From an uncultured Gammaproteobacteria bacterium (GTDB lineage Bacteria; Patescibacteriota; Microgenomatia; 2-02-FULL-39-11), in assembly GCA_964362665.1 (NCBI GenBank), contig CAYIFB010000001.1:48308-112307 (forward strand): a stretch of DNA of 64,000 nucleotides. The letters run 5' to 3'. The position numbers and the translations under genes were made by a program. This document shows positions 37,965 to 48,039 of the stretch, piece by piece (position 1 is the first letter of the stretch; each line of letters opens with the position of its first letter). The notes beneath the pieces were generated by a model. That model saw nothing but the letters and a program-made list of their open reading frames with translations, was not told where the DNA came from and did no database searches.

Positions 37965-39254
37965 GTGACAGCGAACCATCTTCTTATTTTAAATAAGCTT
38001 CAGAAGAAACGGGCTTTCTGGCTTAAATGCGAGGGCATAAGCATGCTTCCGCTGCTTCGTCCCGGCGATATATTATTCTTTAAGAAAATCAAGTTTCATC
38101 AGACGAAGATAAATGAGATTATACTGGTAAAAAAGAGTAATAAAGAGATAGTCCATAGAGTTATTTATAAAAAAAACAATTATCTGGTTACTAAAGGTGA
38201 TCACAATCCTTTGTCAGACGGGAGGACAAATCCAAACGACGTTTTCGCGAAGGTAATCGCAGTAAAGAGAAGTAATAATAAATTCGATTTAGAAAGTTTA
38301 TATCTTTTCCAGTCAACTCTTTACTTTCAGGAAATAGTGAAGGTTAATAAAGCTTTCAGGAAAGAAAAAATTGCTTTTGTCTTTCTGAAAGGCCTTCCTG
38401 TACATCTATTTTATGAAAAAAAACATCCCCGTCGAATATATGCTGACAGCGATATTCTTATTGATCAGACTGATTACGAGAAAGTTGAAAAGGTTTTTAA
38501 GAGGAATGGATTTAAAAAAGTTGATGCTTCCTATTCTAACCTCCATAAACTATTAAAGGATAAACCCACGGAAGTAAGTTTTGTGAAAAAAGTAAATAAT
38601 TTTCCAGTAGTCTTTGACATCCATTTTGAGCCGGTATTTCTAATGAATCAGCTTGGGAAGCTTGATGCTTTGTATCCTGAGAAATTCATGAGGCAGTTGA
38701 CTAGTGATTTCTTACAGACGAAACTAGCAATAAAAGTACAAGGAGAACAATTCTTTATACTTGATATTTCCTACTTAATACTTTACTTAGCTTTGCATTT
38801 TTTCCATCATAACTATCGGGGAATATTCCGGTTACATTTTTTAGATCAGGTGATAAGATTTCGCGCCAGAGAATTAGATTTGGATAAATTGATATCGGAT
38901 ATTAATAAATATCAGGTGCAAAACTTTGTTTATCCGGTATTTTGGTTTTTACAGAAATACTACTCGACTCCGGGAGCCAGTCTGGTATTAAAAAGTATAA
39001 ATATCAAGTCTAAAGAGCTAAAATATATAAAAGAAAATATCTTAAATATCAATATTTTTGATGATGAGTCGAGGGTTCAGGCGGGAATTGCCAGATTTAA
39101 AAATATTTTTCAGCTCTCCCCTTCCCCGTTTTGGAAGAAACTGACACTTATCTTTAATCTGCAGATAATTTACAGCGTTTTCTGGGTTGGGTATTTGAAG
39201 ATTAAAAATTATCACAATTCCCGGAATTTTAATCCGTTTAATTCCGGACAATAA
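37965..39254 (+). CDS. S24/S26 peptidase fused to a nucleotidyltransferase (NTP_transf_5-like)
   Basis: GISMLPLL.PGD, IVHRV, TKGDHN...D (peptidase); FLKG...R..ADSDIL, FDIH (NTase). ORF is open from 37899; GTG 37965 follows a TGgTATACT -10 box. Confidence 0.88.
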   Translation: MTANHLLILNKLQKKRAFWLKCEGISMLPLLRPGDILFFKKIKFHQTKINEIILVKKSNKEIVHRVIYKKNNYLVTKGDHNPLSDGRTNPNDVFAKVIAVKRSNNKFDLESLYLFQSTLYFQEIVKVNKAFRKEKIAFVFLKGLPVHLFYEKKHPRRIYADSDILIDQTDYEKVEKVFKRNGFKKVDASYSNLHKLLKDKPTEVSFVKKVNNFPVVFDIHFEPVFLMNQLGKLDALYPEKFMRQLTSDFLQTKLAIKVQGEQFFILDISYLILYLALHFFHHNYRGIFRLHFLDQVIRFRARELDLDKLISDINKYQVQNFVYPVFWFLQKYYSTPGASLVLKSINIKSKELKYIKENILNINIFDDESRVQAGIARFKNIFQLSPSPFWKKLTLIFNLQIIYSVFWVGYLKIKNYHNSRNFNPFNSGQ

Positions 39255-39297
39255 TATATAAAATTCCCGGAATTTAATCCGTTTAATTCCGGGAATT
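39216..39297. terminator. Duplicated palindromic element between convergent genes; possible bidirectional terminator
   Basis: Direct repeats at 39216-39247 and 39262-39292; 13-bp inverted repeat 39262-39274 / 39285-39297. Confidence 0.5.
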
Positions 39298-39573
39298 AAC
39301 TATAATTTTTTTCGCGAAAAGTTCTTTTTCCAGACCCAAGTAATCCTTTTGTGCTCGAATATTGGAGATTTTATATTTTTTTATCATCAGTTCGATTATC
39401 TCCTCCTTACTTAAACCCTTCTTGATTTTGTCAAAGATAAAAGAGGCTGTTTGGTTGAAGGTATAGAGCTGAGATTTCTCACCGTCAAAAATCGTAGTTT
39501 TATTTCCCAGTTTCTGGACGATAAAACCTTTGTTTATTTTATATTTCACCGTTGCGGATTTGGATGTTTTCAT
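39283..39573 (-). CDS. PqqD-family protein / RiPP recognition element (RRE)
   Basis: 96 aa; LYTFNQTASFIFDKI...EIIELMIKKY.I....A.KD......L..KKII pattern. Confidence 0.88.
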   Translation of the reverse strand: MKTSKSATVKYKINKGFIVQKLGNKTTIFDGEKSQLYTFNQTASFIFDKIKKGLSKEEIIELMIKKYKISNIRAQKDYLGLEKELFAKKIIVNSRN

Positions 39574-39587
39574 CTAATATTTAAACA

Positions 39588-40415
39588 ATGAAAATAAAAA
39601 AACTTCTTTCCAGATACAAGACTTTGAATACGTTAATCGTTCTAACTCTACTCCTTCTTGGCTTTGCAATTCTTTATTTTCTCTACTACCGCCAGAGAAG
39701 TCAAGCATTTTTATATGCATCAGTCACTCTCATCAGACCGACTAATATTCCAATTAATGCGGCTTTTAATTGGGTGCCTTACTGGATTGCCAATTCCATC
39801 AATATAAATGACGTAGAAAAAAGCACTTTGGGAAGTCTTAACGCGATAGTTGTGGATAAAACAGCATATGAAGGTCAGGGGTACGGACAATATGTGTATT
39901 TACTTTTAAAAATTAACTCCGTCAAAGACAGATCGGGAGTTTATCTTTATAAAAATAAACCTTTGGTGGTCGGATCCATACTTGACTTAAAACTTAGTAA
40001 CACCCAAACACAAGCGATGGTGACTTATCTTGGTACAATGCCTCCCGTCTATAAATATAAGAAAATAATTTTGTCATTGAAAGGCAGGAGTTGGGAATCA
40101 TGGGTGGTGGACAGCATAAAAGAGGGCAGTGAAATCAAAGACTCCAAAGGGAAAACGATTGCTAAAATTATAGACTTGAAGTCAGGACCGGCGGAAGTCC
40201 GTTCTGATTCCTCTTTGGGGCAGGCAAAAGTTTCGTATGACCAGACTAGAAAAGATTTTACTATCAAGGCGGAAATGATTGTCCGTGATGATAATGGTAT
40301 ATATTACTTTGAAGAATTCCAAAAAGTTAAAGTTGCCGAAGGTCTGTATTTGACTTTTGCACAAAACAGCCTCTCACCTCAAATTTCATCGATTGAATCT
40401 GTGACAGATTTATAA
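39588..40415 (+). CDS. Membrane-anchored hypothetical protein, possibly tandem DUF4330-like domains
   Basis: N-terminal TM; two similar segments (GVYLYKNKPLVVG / GIYYFEEFQKVKVA). Confidence 0.6.
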   Translation: MKIKKLLSRYKTLNTLIVLTLLLLGFAILYFLYYRQRSQAFLYASVTLIRPTNIPINAAFNWVPYWIANSININDVEKSTLGSLNAIVVDKTAYEGQGYGQYVYLLLKINSVKDRSGVYLYKNKPLVVGSILDLKLSNTQTQAMVTYLGTMPPVYKYKKIILSLKGRSWESWVVDSIKEGSEIKDSKGKTIAKIIDLKSGPAEVRSDSSLGQAKVSYDQTRKDFTIKAEMIVRDDNGIYYFEEFQKVKVAEGLYLTFAQNSLSPQISSIESVTDL

Positions 40416-40474
40416 ATTCATTTTTATCGTATTATTTTAATTCTCCACCGGTAATGCTAGTATAATTATTAACA

Positions 40475-42208
40475 ATGCTTTTTAATTTAGGTTTATTGTC
40501 CTTATTTTTTCTTCCTGTAATCGAATCATTCAGACGGGAGGCGGGATTATTTTTTCTCTGTCTGGGTGCCTTACTGCTGGCTTTAAATCCTCAACAATCC
40601 AAAAAAACTCAATTGGATTTTTCAGATCTTTTGTGGTTTATCTTATTGGTTGTTTTCAGCCTCTCATTATTTCATACCGCGTCCTACATCAGGAGTTTCA
40701 GCGAGTTTCTGCGCTATCTGTCATATTTTTTGATTCTTGTGTCAATTAAAAATCATCATGATCACACTAGTCTTTTAAAAAGTTTTTATTTACCCATGAT
40801 TGTAGTAAATTCCATAATTCTATCTCTTCTTAGCTGGTGGTATTTGATTCCGGTAGTTCACTTCTATACTCCTCCACCCTTAAATCTATATTTTGCCAAT
40901 TTCGGCCACAACAGACTTTCCGCCATACTTATTTTTGCCCTACCGATTACAGCAATATTTTCTACGCTAAGTTATAAGAAGAAATATCTTTATAAACTTT
41001 TAACAGTGTTTCTGTTTATCTCCCTGATTTTTACAGTTGCCCGCGGGGCATTTCTAGAATTGTCTTTTTCGTCACTCATCGTGCTTTTGTTATATTTTAA
41101 AAGAAATAGTGTAGATGCCCAAAATCCGGAGAAAAGACAATTGATGTCTTATGTGAGCTTTTTCAGCCTGATCACCATAATATTTCTGGTATTTAATTTC
41201 ATCTATTCAAATTTTTTCAATCCCTCAAACTTTCCTTTAAATATCCGCAATACTTATAAACCGGTTATGGGTGAATTAAGGCTTGAGTATATTCGGCAGG
41301 CGGTATCTGAATTTGCCAGACACCCGCTTCGGGGTACTGGACTTGATACTTTTGTATATGTCTCAAGAATTAATCAACTTCGTGGCAGTCAAAGTTCAGA
41401 TTATGTTCATAACCAATTTCTGGAAATTTTTACGGAAACAGGAATTTTTGGCGGTATTATATTTGCGGTATTAATGTGTTATTTATTGGTCAAATCATAT
41501 TCTCATAACAAGAAGTTACAGGGTCCAGATAAAATTTATCATTTGGCTGTAATGATTGGGCTTTTGGCGTCATACTTTTCTTCTCTCATTGATTACGATT
41601 GGCAGTACATCTCTATTTTTTTCATCTTATTCCTCGGTCTTATTCTGACATCCGATCATGAAGATCAGCCAAAATACGATATGCACCAAAATGGTTGGAG
41701 GATTTTTATATTTTTATATTTTCTGGCTTTTCTGGTCAAGTTTATTTTACTAAAAAACGTTCCTGAATATTCTAAGAAAATTGATCAGCTGATACAAAAA
41801 AACGAATTGGTTGCGGCAGAAAATTTGGCACTGCGATTTCATAAACTGGATCAAGGCGGCCAACCCGCGATTGTACGGCTTATTGAAATCTCACAAAAAT
41901 CAGGAAACGCAGAGAAGAACCATTATTGGAATGAACAGCTTATAAAAACCAGTCCTTATGATCAGGATTATACCCGCAGAGAAGATTTCCGCCTGTATCT
42001 CACAGACATGCAAAAAAAAGTTGTCCTTGGCAATGCGAATGATGCCATGAGTATTTTCAAGACATTAAAATCAAAATATCCGGATCTTTATCAGCAGATC
42101 AATAGTGACGCTTATTTAAATAAAATCATTCTGGCTCTAAATAATAATAATAATTCTGAGGCTTTGGAAATTTTCCAATCCTTAATTATTTCAGGTATGA
42201 AAATATAG
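40475..42208 (+). CDS. O-antigen ligase-family protein with C-terminal helical/TPR-like domain
   Basis: FGHN; TVARGA; PLRGTGLDTF; YVHNQFLEIFTETG. Confidence 0.88.
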   Translation: MLFNLGLLSLFFLPVIESFRREAGLFFLCLGALLLALNPQQSKKTQLDFSDLLWFILLVVFSLSLFHTASYIRSFSEFLRYLSYFLILVSIKNHHDHTSLLKSFYLPMIVVNSIILSLLSWWYLIPVVHFYTPPPLNLYFANFGHNRLSAILIFALPITAIFSTLSYKKKYLYKLLTVFLFISLIFTVARGAFLELSFSSLIVLLLYFKRNSVDAQNPEKRQLMSYVSFFSLITIIFLVFNFIYSNFFNPSNFPLNIRNTYKPVMGELRLEYIRQAVSEFARHPLRGTGLDTFVYVSRINQLRGSQSSDYVHNQFLEIFTETGIFGGIIFAVLMCYLLVKSYSHNKKLQGPDKIYHLAVMIGLLASYFSSLIDYDWQYISIFFILFLGLILTSDHEDQPKYDMHQNGWRIFIFLYFLAFLVKFILLKNVPEYSKKIDQLIQKNELVAAENLALRFHKLDQGGQPAIVRLIEISQKSGNAEKNHYWNEQLIKTSPYDQDYTRREDFRLYLTDMQKKVVLGNANDAMSIFKTLKSKYPDLYQQINSDAYLNKIILALNNNNNSEALEIFQSLIISGMKI

Positions 42209-42217
42209 TGAAACATA

Positions 42218-42245
42218 TTGACTTATCTCTTGTGTCTGATATTCT
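42218..42245 (+). promoter_or_regulatory. Sigma70-type promoter with extended -10
   Basis: TTGACT-16 bp-TATTCT with TG, 6 nt before ATG 42252. Confidence 0.6.
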
Positions 42246-42251
42246 TAAAAT

Positions 42252-45200
42252 ATGACGCATAAAATAATTTCTGCGTTGGTTTTTGTATCGGTAATATTCC
42301 TCCTATTCTTTATCTCTATAAAAACATCGCCATTAAGCGAAGTATCTGCTGCTACCTACTGTCCAGCCTTGGTATCATATTATGTTGGTCCGACGGCAGT
42401 AGCACCGGCAGCCAGGATATCAGTCACCTGTAATTATGGAGTGCAATTGTCGTGTATTGGAGCTAAAAGCGCGCCAACTGACTATACAAATTGCAATTGG
42501 CTTGGTTTTGGGGGAAATAATAATGCGCGGTTTTCTTGTAAAGTTCCGGCTACAGGAGGATTATATACGAATAAATGCACACTATCCAGTGGTGGCGGTG
42601 ATGATTGCTGTGTCCAAAGTGATCCAGCTGGTTCTTATGAAGTTTGCTCGGAAACTGCCCCTTCAGGACTGAATGTAACTAACTTAACCAATAATTCGGC
42701 TACTCTCAACTGGACTCCGGGGACAGCTATTGCGGGATCGGTACAGAAGTTACGGGTGGGGGCAAGTGCAAATGAGGTAAATACCGGGTGTAATGGCGGA
42801 TACGATCCTCCACTTACTCCTGCGCCGACCTGTGTTATAAAATCAGATTTACCCTTGAATACTTCATCACAGAATACCGGAGCTATTTTGAATTCTAATC
42901 AACTATATTACTGGAGAGTAGTAACTTTTCAGAGCGCGGCATGTTACGTTGACAACAGACCTCCAGATCAAAGCTTTACGACGCTTTTAAATCCGACAAA
43001 TACTCCCATTCTAATACCTACGAAAACACCTACGCCGACGGTAACTCCTACTTCTACGCCTACTAATACTCCTACTTCTACTCCTACTAATACTCCTACT
43101 TCTACTCCAACCGCAACTCCTACCGTAACCCTTACCCCAACTCCTATTTTTACCTGCGGATTGACAGCCTGTCCTGACTTGACTTGTTCCAATCCAATAC
43201 CGGCAAATTGTACTATCTGTACTGATTTTCTTTGTACTCAGCCTACTATAGCGCCGACAAATACTCCTACCGTTACTCCAACAGTTACTAATACACCCAC
43301 CTACACTCCTACTCCTAGCAATACACCTACATCTACACCCACATTAACACCAACCATTACACCTACAAATACGCCGACAGTGACTCCTACGATTACCCTT
43401 ACACCGACCGTAACCCTTACCCCAACTCCTGTAGGAGGAAATTACTGTGGAGCAGGTTGTCCGGATTTGGACTGTGCCAATCCGACTCCAGCTGATGGAT
43501 GTTCCACCTGTACTGATTTTGTTTGTAGCTTGCAGCCAACTTCGACTCCTACTTTAACACCGACATTAACACCGACTTTTACCCCTTCTCCTACTCCGAC
43601 GAGTACACCTACTGATACTCCTACTCCGACTCTAACGGAGACACCTACTCCAACACCCACAGTTACCTTGACTCCGACACCCACTTTTTATAATGTTTAT
43701 GGCTGGATTTATACGGAAACAAATAATACTGTAATTAGAAATGAAGAACAAAACGAAGGATTAATTCCTAATTATACGGTGGACCTGACGGGAGATCAGA
43801 CTCTTTCCACAACTTCTCAAGGCTCTCCTATTGCCGGATTTTTAGCAAATTATATCCTAACGCCTCTTTATAATGGCATATTTCAGCTGGAAATGGTTAT
43901 CACTCCGACAGGCTATACACTTTATAAAGGACCTCCGGGAGCCACTCCTTCTCCTTATACCAACCCTAAAGTCGTTATTTTAGCCGGAGGAGACGCTATT
44001 GGTGATTTTCCGTTTATTACAATTACTCCTTACATAAGTCCAACAGCTACTCCGACTGTCACGCCGTCTTCTACCCCGCCTCCAATTTCGCCAACGCCTA
44101 CTTCGATCTGGACTCCTACACCGTCTGTCGGACCAGGAACACCAACACCTACAAACTACGTTTGTCAGACACTGCCGACACCCATTCTGAACGCGCCGGC
44201 AGAAAATCTATGCACCAATATCAAACCGACTTTCTCAGCATATGTCCTGGATCCGAACAACGATAATGTCTGGGGTCATTTCTATAGTACTGATACTATA
44301 TCGTTTGATAGGATCGGTTCAGTGGTAAATCCAAGCGGAGGTAATAGTACCTGGATACCTGACGGCTCTGTTCTTAACAGCTCGGGAGCTTATATGTGGA
44401 CGGCTTATACGGAAACATCTTCCTGTCCGCGCTCATTTGATGCTCCAGCTAATCGTTTAAACATGGATTATACGGCTCCTCCGAAACCTCAATCGCCAAG
44501 CTGTAGCCTGACTAGTCAAAATTATATTACCGGCCAATGTTCTTTTCATTGTAGTTGGAGTGCTGATCCGGAACCGACTCCGCAATCCTGCAGTGATACC
44601 AATGATTATCACCCTGTTTTCAGGACTGATCCGGGACCAGGAGCTTGGGATCCGGGTTGGATTGGTAACAGCTTATCTACTGATGTGACAACAGAGGTGG
44701 CCCAGGAATTGTATGCCAAAGTTACGGCAAGGGACGGTCTTGGTAACACTTCAGAAACTTCAGATGAGTCGGTAAGTGCGGTTTGCCCTGAAATTATTTA
44801 TTCCGTCTCTCCAACTCCCGGTGGTCCGACAGCAACTCCTACTGGAGGGGTTATTCCAACAGTCACTCTTACACCCACAGCCACTCCAACTCCAACCCCG
44901 GGTATTTGGACCCAGGTTTTCGGCGGAGATATTTATGAGCCGTCTCTTCTGCAAAGAAATGTACCTTCAGGCAAATACTATTTGAATAATATAGATGTTG
45001 TCCCAACTCCGGTGAGCGCCGGAATACTTTGGTCGACTTCAGGAGCTGGGGATTTCGGAAATGGCTTCTCATCTCCTACAAACTGGCAGGTAGGATCAAC
45101 TCTTTCCAATACTTTTAATTTTTCTTATTATTGGGAAGCACTCAAGAATAATCCCGCTGCAGTAAACGTGAATAGTACGGTGATTCTAAATCCTACCGCC

Positions 45201-45614
45201 GCAATTAATCTGTATAACGTCGGTGGTTCAGTTACCTTAGAGGCTAATAGTTTAATCTTACCGGCATCAAAAGTGGCCATCTTTTTGATTACCGGCACTT
45301 TGGAGATTAAAAATAATTTTACTATAGCCAGCGACGAATCAGTCGTTTTTGTCGTCAGCGGCAATATTGAGGTTGACCCTAGTGTGACCAGAATAGACGG
45401 GCTTTTTATGGACAGCGGATCATTTACAGTTGCAGCCGGATCCGATCAGCTTGTGGTCAACGGTATGGTTTATACTACAAATATGAGTTTAAACAGAACT
45501 CTTCGAAGTTTTACCACACCTGCCTATAAATTTATCTATCAGCCGAAATATGTGATTACATTATTGCCATACCTGGGAAGATCACAGGTTAATTGGCAGG
45601 AGGCGGCGCCATGA
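42252..45614 (+). CDS. Large Cys- and Pro/Thr-rich surface protein (FN3-like domain); candidate pilus-associated adhesin
   Basis: Signal anchor; [18 protein letters not shown]...YYWRV; long TPT tracts; ATGA overlap with the pilX-like gene. Confidence 0.8.
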   Translation: MTHKIISALVFVSVIFLLFFISIKTSPLSEVSAATYCPALVSYYVGPTAVAPAARISVTCNYGVQLSCIGAKSAPTDYTNCNWLGFGGNNNARFSCKVPATGGLYTNKCTLSSGGGDDCCVQSDPAGSYEVCSETAPSGLNVTNLTNNSATLNWTPGTAIAGSVQKLRVGASANEVNTGCNGGYDPPLTPAPTCVIKSDLPLNTSSQNTGAILNSNQLYYWRVVTFQSAACYVDNRPPDQSFTTLLNPTNTPILIPTKTPTPTVTPTSTPTNTPTSTPTNTPTSTPTATPTVTLTPTPIFTCGLTACPDLTCSNPIPANCTICTDFLCTQPTIAPTNTPTVTPTVTNTPTYTPTPSNTPTSTPTLTPTITPTNTPTVTPTITLTPTVTLTPTPVGGNYCGAGCPDLDCANPTPADGCSTCTDFVCSLQPTSTPTLTPTLTPTFTPSPTPTSTPTDTPTPTLTETPTPTPTVTLTPTPTFYNVYGWIYTETNNTVIRNEEQNEGLIPNYTVDLTGDQTLSTTSQGSPIAGFLANYILTPLYNGIFQLEMVITPTGYTLYKGPPGATPSPYTNPKVVILAGGDAIGDFPFITITPYISPTATPTVTPSSTPPPISPTPTSIWTPTPSVGPGTPTPTNYVCQTLPTPILNAPAENLCTNIKPTFSAYVLDPNNDNVWGHFYSTDTISFDRIGSVVNPSGGNSTWIPDGSVLNSSGAYMWTAYTETSSCPRSFDAPANRLNMDYTAPPKPQSPSCSLTSQNYITGQCSFHCSWSADPEPTPQSCSDTNDYHPVFRTDPGPGAWDPGWIGNSLSTDVTTEVAQELYAKVTARDGLGNTSETSDESVSAVCPEIIYSVSPTPGGPTATPTGGVIPTVTLTPTATPTPTPGIWTQVFGGDIYEPSLLQRNVPSGKYYLNNIDVVPTPVSAGILWSTSGAGDFGNGFSSPTNWQVGSTLSNTFNFSYYWEALKNNPAAVNVNSTVILNPTAAINLYNVGGSVTLEANSLILPASKVAIFLITGTLEIKNNFTIASDESVVFVVSGNIEVDPSVTRIDGLFMDSGSFTVAAGSDQLVVNGMVYTTNMSLNRTLRSFTTPAYKFIYQPKYVITLLPYLGRSQVNWQEAAP
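43044..43108 (+). repeat. 24-bp tandem repeat (about 2.7 copies) encoding TPTSTPTN
   Basis: actcctacttctac(g/t)cctactaat units read directly. Confidence 0.85.
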
Positions 45615-46423
45615 GAAAAAATTCCGGACAAATTGTTTTAATACTTGTTTTAATCACCGTGGTTGGGTTAACTATCGGATTATCCCTGATATCAAGAACC
45701 GTGACAGATGTCAGAATTTCATCGCAGATTGAGGAATCAGGTCGAGCTTTTTCTGCTGCAGAAGCCGGGGTAGAAAACGCCCTAAAAGTGGTAAATGTTT
45801 TTCCTACCGGAACAACCAAATCTGTAAATTTAAATAATGCAACGGCAGATTATTCGGTATCTGATATGGGAGGCGATAGTAGTCTCTATTCTTTTCCTCT
45901 AGTAGAAGCTAACTCTTCCCAGCTTTTATGGCTGGTGAATCATAACTCTGATGGAAGTTTAGGTACCAATTATTATGACATTACAGGTTCGATCGATATT
46001 TGTTGGGGTGCGGCTGGAAATAAATCAGCAGTAATTCTAAGTTTATATTACGAAACAGGTGGTGAATATAAAATAGCCAAAGCATCATTTGACTCCATTA
46101 CCCGCGGCAACCAATTTGCCATAGCAGATACTATAGGAGGGCCTTTTTGTGGTAGTTCTTATATTTACAAACATACGGTAAACTTCAACTCTGATTATGG
46201 GTTAAGTTCTGCCAATTTAATAGCATTAAGAATGACACCTGTTTATGAAAATACCTCAATCGGCGTAAAACCTACTGCACAATTACCAGTGCAGGGAAAC
46301 CAGGTAAATTCTGTAGGTAAATCCAGTACAGGGGTGGTTCGCAAGATTCAGGTCAATAAAAGTTATAATCTTCTTCCCAATTTGTTAGATTTCGCTCTTT
46401 ATTGTGAGACCAGTTGCCAGTAA
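45611..46423 (+). CDS. PilX-like minor pilin
   Basis: G|QIVLILVL (no Glu5); [11 protein letters not shown]; SVGKS..VVRKIQV. Confidence 0.85.
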   Translation: MRKNSGQIVLILVLITVVGLTIGLSLISRTVTDVRISSQIEESGRAFSAAEAGVENALKVVNVFPTGTTKSVNLNNATADYSVSDMGGDSSLYSFPLVEANSSQLLWLVNHNSDGSLGTNYYDITGSIDICWGAAGNKSAVILSLYYETGGEYKIAKASFDSITRGNQFAIADTIGGPFCGSSYIYKHTVNFNSDYGLSSANLIALRMTPVYENTSIGVKPTAQLPVQGNQVNSVGKSSTGVVRKIQVNKSYNLLPNLLDFALYCETSCQ

Positions 46424-46500
46424 TGTAAAAAAATATAACCGTAAATAAATCTTTATTCTTGACAATATATTTTAAATTAGTGGATAATCATTGTAGAGAT

Positions 46501-46905
46501 ATGAATAAGAAATTATTGGTTTTAACTTTAATATTGATAATTGCAGGAATAATAATCGGTTATTTATGGCAGTCCGGTTTGTATAATAATAAAACTTACA
46601 TTCCGGAAGTACAAAATCAACTTAACCAGAATCTACTAACACCAACAACAATCTCGTCGGTAACACTAATCCCAACTCCAACTTATCCGCCTTACTCATT
46701 ACAGATATCTGACATCGATGAAACATTCATATATGTTAAGAATCAAAAAGGTAGCGTCAGGCTAAGTAAATCTAAAGTTAAAGTTTTTAAAAGGTCAGGT
46801 GACCAGCTAAATCCTGCTACATTAAATGATCTAAGGATCGGTCAAAATGTCACAGTAAATGTAATTGAGGCAGGTAAAGAGTCGCATATTATTATAGAAT
46901 CCTAA
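46501..46905 (+). CDS. Membrane-anchored hypothetical protein (DUF5666-like)
   Basis: N-terminal TM, PT linker, TLNDLRIGQNVTV motif. ATG 46501 preferred. Confidence 0.65.
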   Translation: MNKKLLVLTLILIIAGIIIGYLWQSGLYNNKTYIPEVQNQLNQNLLTPTTISSVTLIPTPTYPPYSLQISDIDETFIYVKNQKGSVRLSKSKVKVFKRSGDQLNPATLNDLRIGQNVTVNVIEAGKESHIIIES

Positions 46906-47006
46906 CCGCATAAGATTAATTGTATACTACTCATCCTTTACTTGTTTATCCCATTGACTTTTTTCCCACTTCTGAAGATACTTAAATAGAGTGACTTATT
47001 TTTAAA

Positions 47007-48035
47007 ATGAGTAATATTTTAATTGGATTGGATATAGGGTCCAGTTCCATCAAAGCTACCCAAATTTCCAGAGATAAAAATACATCTATGCTGCTAGCGG
47101 CAGGTTATATTGCAACCCCTGTCCGTGATGTTTCAAGCATGAGTGAGCATGATGAACAGGATTTGGCCAACAGCATTAACCACCTGGTTCATGACATGAA
47201 AGTTTCAAATATAAACGTGTCAGCCTCCCTACCCTCCTCAAAAGTTATTACCCGGATCGTTGAGATGCCCGCTATGAATGATAAAGAGCTTGCATCGAGC
47301 ATTCAATGGGAGGCCGAGCAATATATTCCATTTCCATTGACTAAAGTGAAGCTTGATTATGCAGTGGTAAGTTCAAACTTAGAAACACAAAAGATGAATG
47401 TTCTTTTGGTTGCGGCTCCATTGAGTTTGATTGAATCATATATGCGTATCATTACTTTGTCCGGTTTAAATCCTGTTGCTTTAGAGACGGAAATTATGGC
47501 TATAGGAAGAAGTGTCAGTTTCAGTTTGCCGAGCGTTTCTGATGTTTTGATAGTATCAATAGGAGCAAATTCCACAGATATTGCCCTCATGCATGATCAA
47601 ATATTAGGTTATACCAAATCTTATCCGATTGGCGGAAACAATATGACTAGGGCGATTTCCGAGGAATTAGGATTTGAGATTGCCCAGGCAGAAGAATATA
47701 AAAAAACGTACGGCCTGGAGGAAGATAAACTGGAGGGAAAAATCGCAAAAATTATCTCGCCTTACATCAATAATTTGATTGAAGAAATGGAGAAAACAGT
47801 TGCCTTTGCCAAAAAAACATATGTGAAAGCAGAAATTTCCACCGTGATGATTACGGGTGCAGCTTCTAAACTGCCCGGATTGGTAATGTCGATCACTAAA
47901 AATTTAGGACTTGATTCCCAGTTAAGCAACCCGTTTATCAATCTAAATGTTGATCCGAAAATTCTTCCCAGACTGACAGAAGATGCGCCGATTTACACGA
48001 CATCAATAGGTTTGGCTTTAAAAGAAATAAGTTAA
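47007..48035 (+). CDS. pilM: Type IV pilus assembly protein PilM
   Basis: IGLDIGSSSIK; WEAEQYIP; IGGNNMT; AEEYK; IGLALK. Confidence 0.95.
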   Translation: MSNILIGLDIGSSSIKATQISRDKNTSMLLAAGYIATPVRDVSSMSEHDEQDLANSINHLVHDMKVSNINVSASLPSSKVITRIVEMPAMNDKELASSIQWEAEQYIPFPLTKVKLDYAVVSSNLETQKMNVLLVAAPLSLIESYMRIITLSGLNPVALETEIMAIGRSVSFSLPSVSDVLIVSIGANSTDIALMHDQILGYTKSYPIGGNNMTRAISEELGFEIAQAEEYKKTYGLEEDKLEGKIAKIISPYINNLIEEMEKTVAFAKKTYVKAEISTVMITGAASKLPGLVMSITKNLGLDSQLSNPFINLNVDPKILPRLTEDAPIYTTSIGLALKEIS

Positions 48036-48039
48036 AATT

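Noticed and set aside
9847-42210. Prophage or integrative conjugative element
   Set aside because: No integrase, terminase, capsid, relaxase or T4SS genes were recognised.
42968-43684. Minus-strand Val/Gly-rich ORFs
   Set aside because: Antisense shadows of the Thr-Pro codon repeats in the 1120-aa gene.
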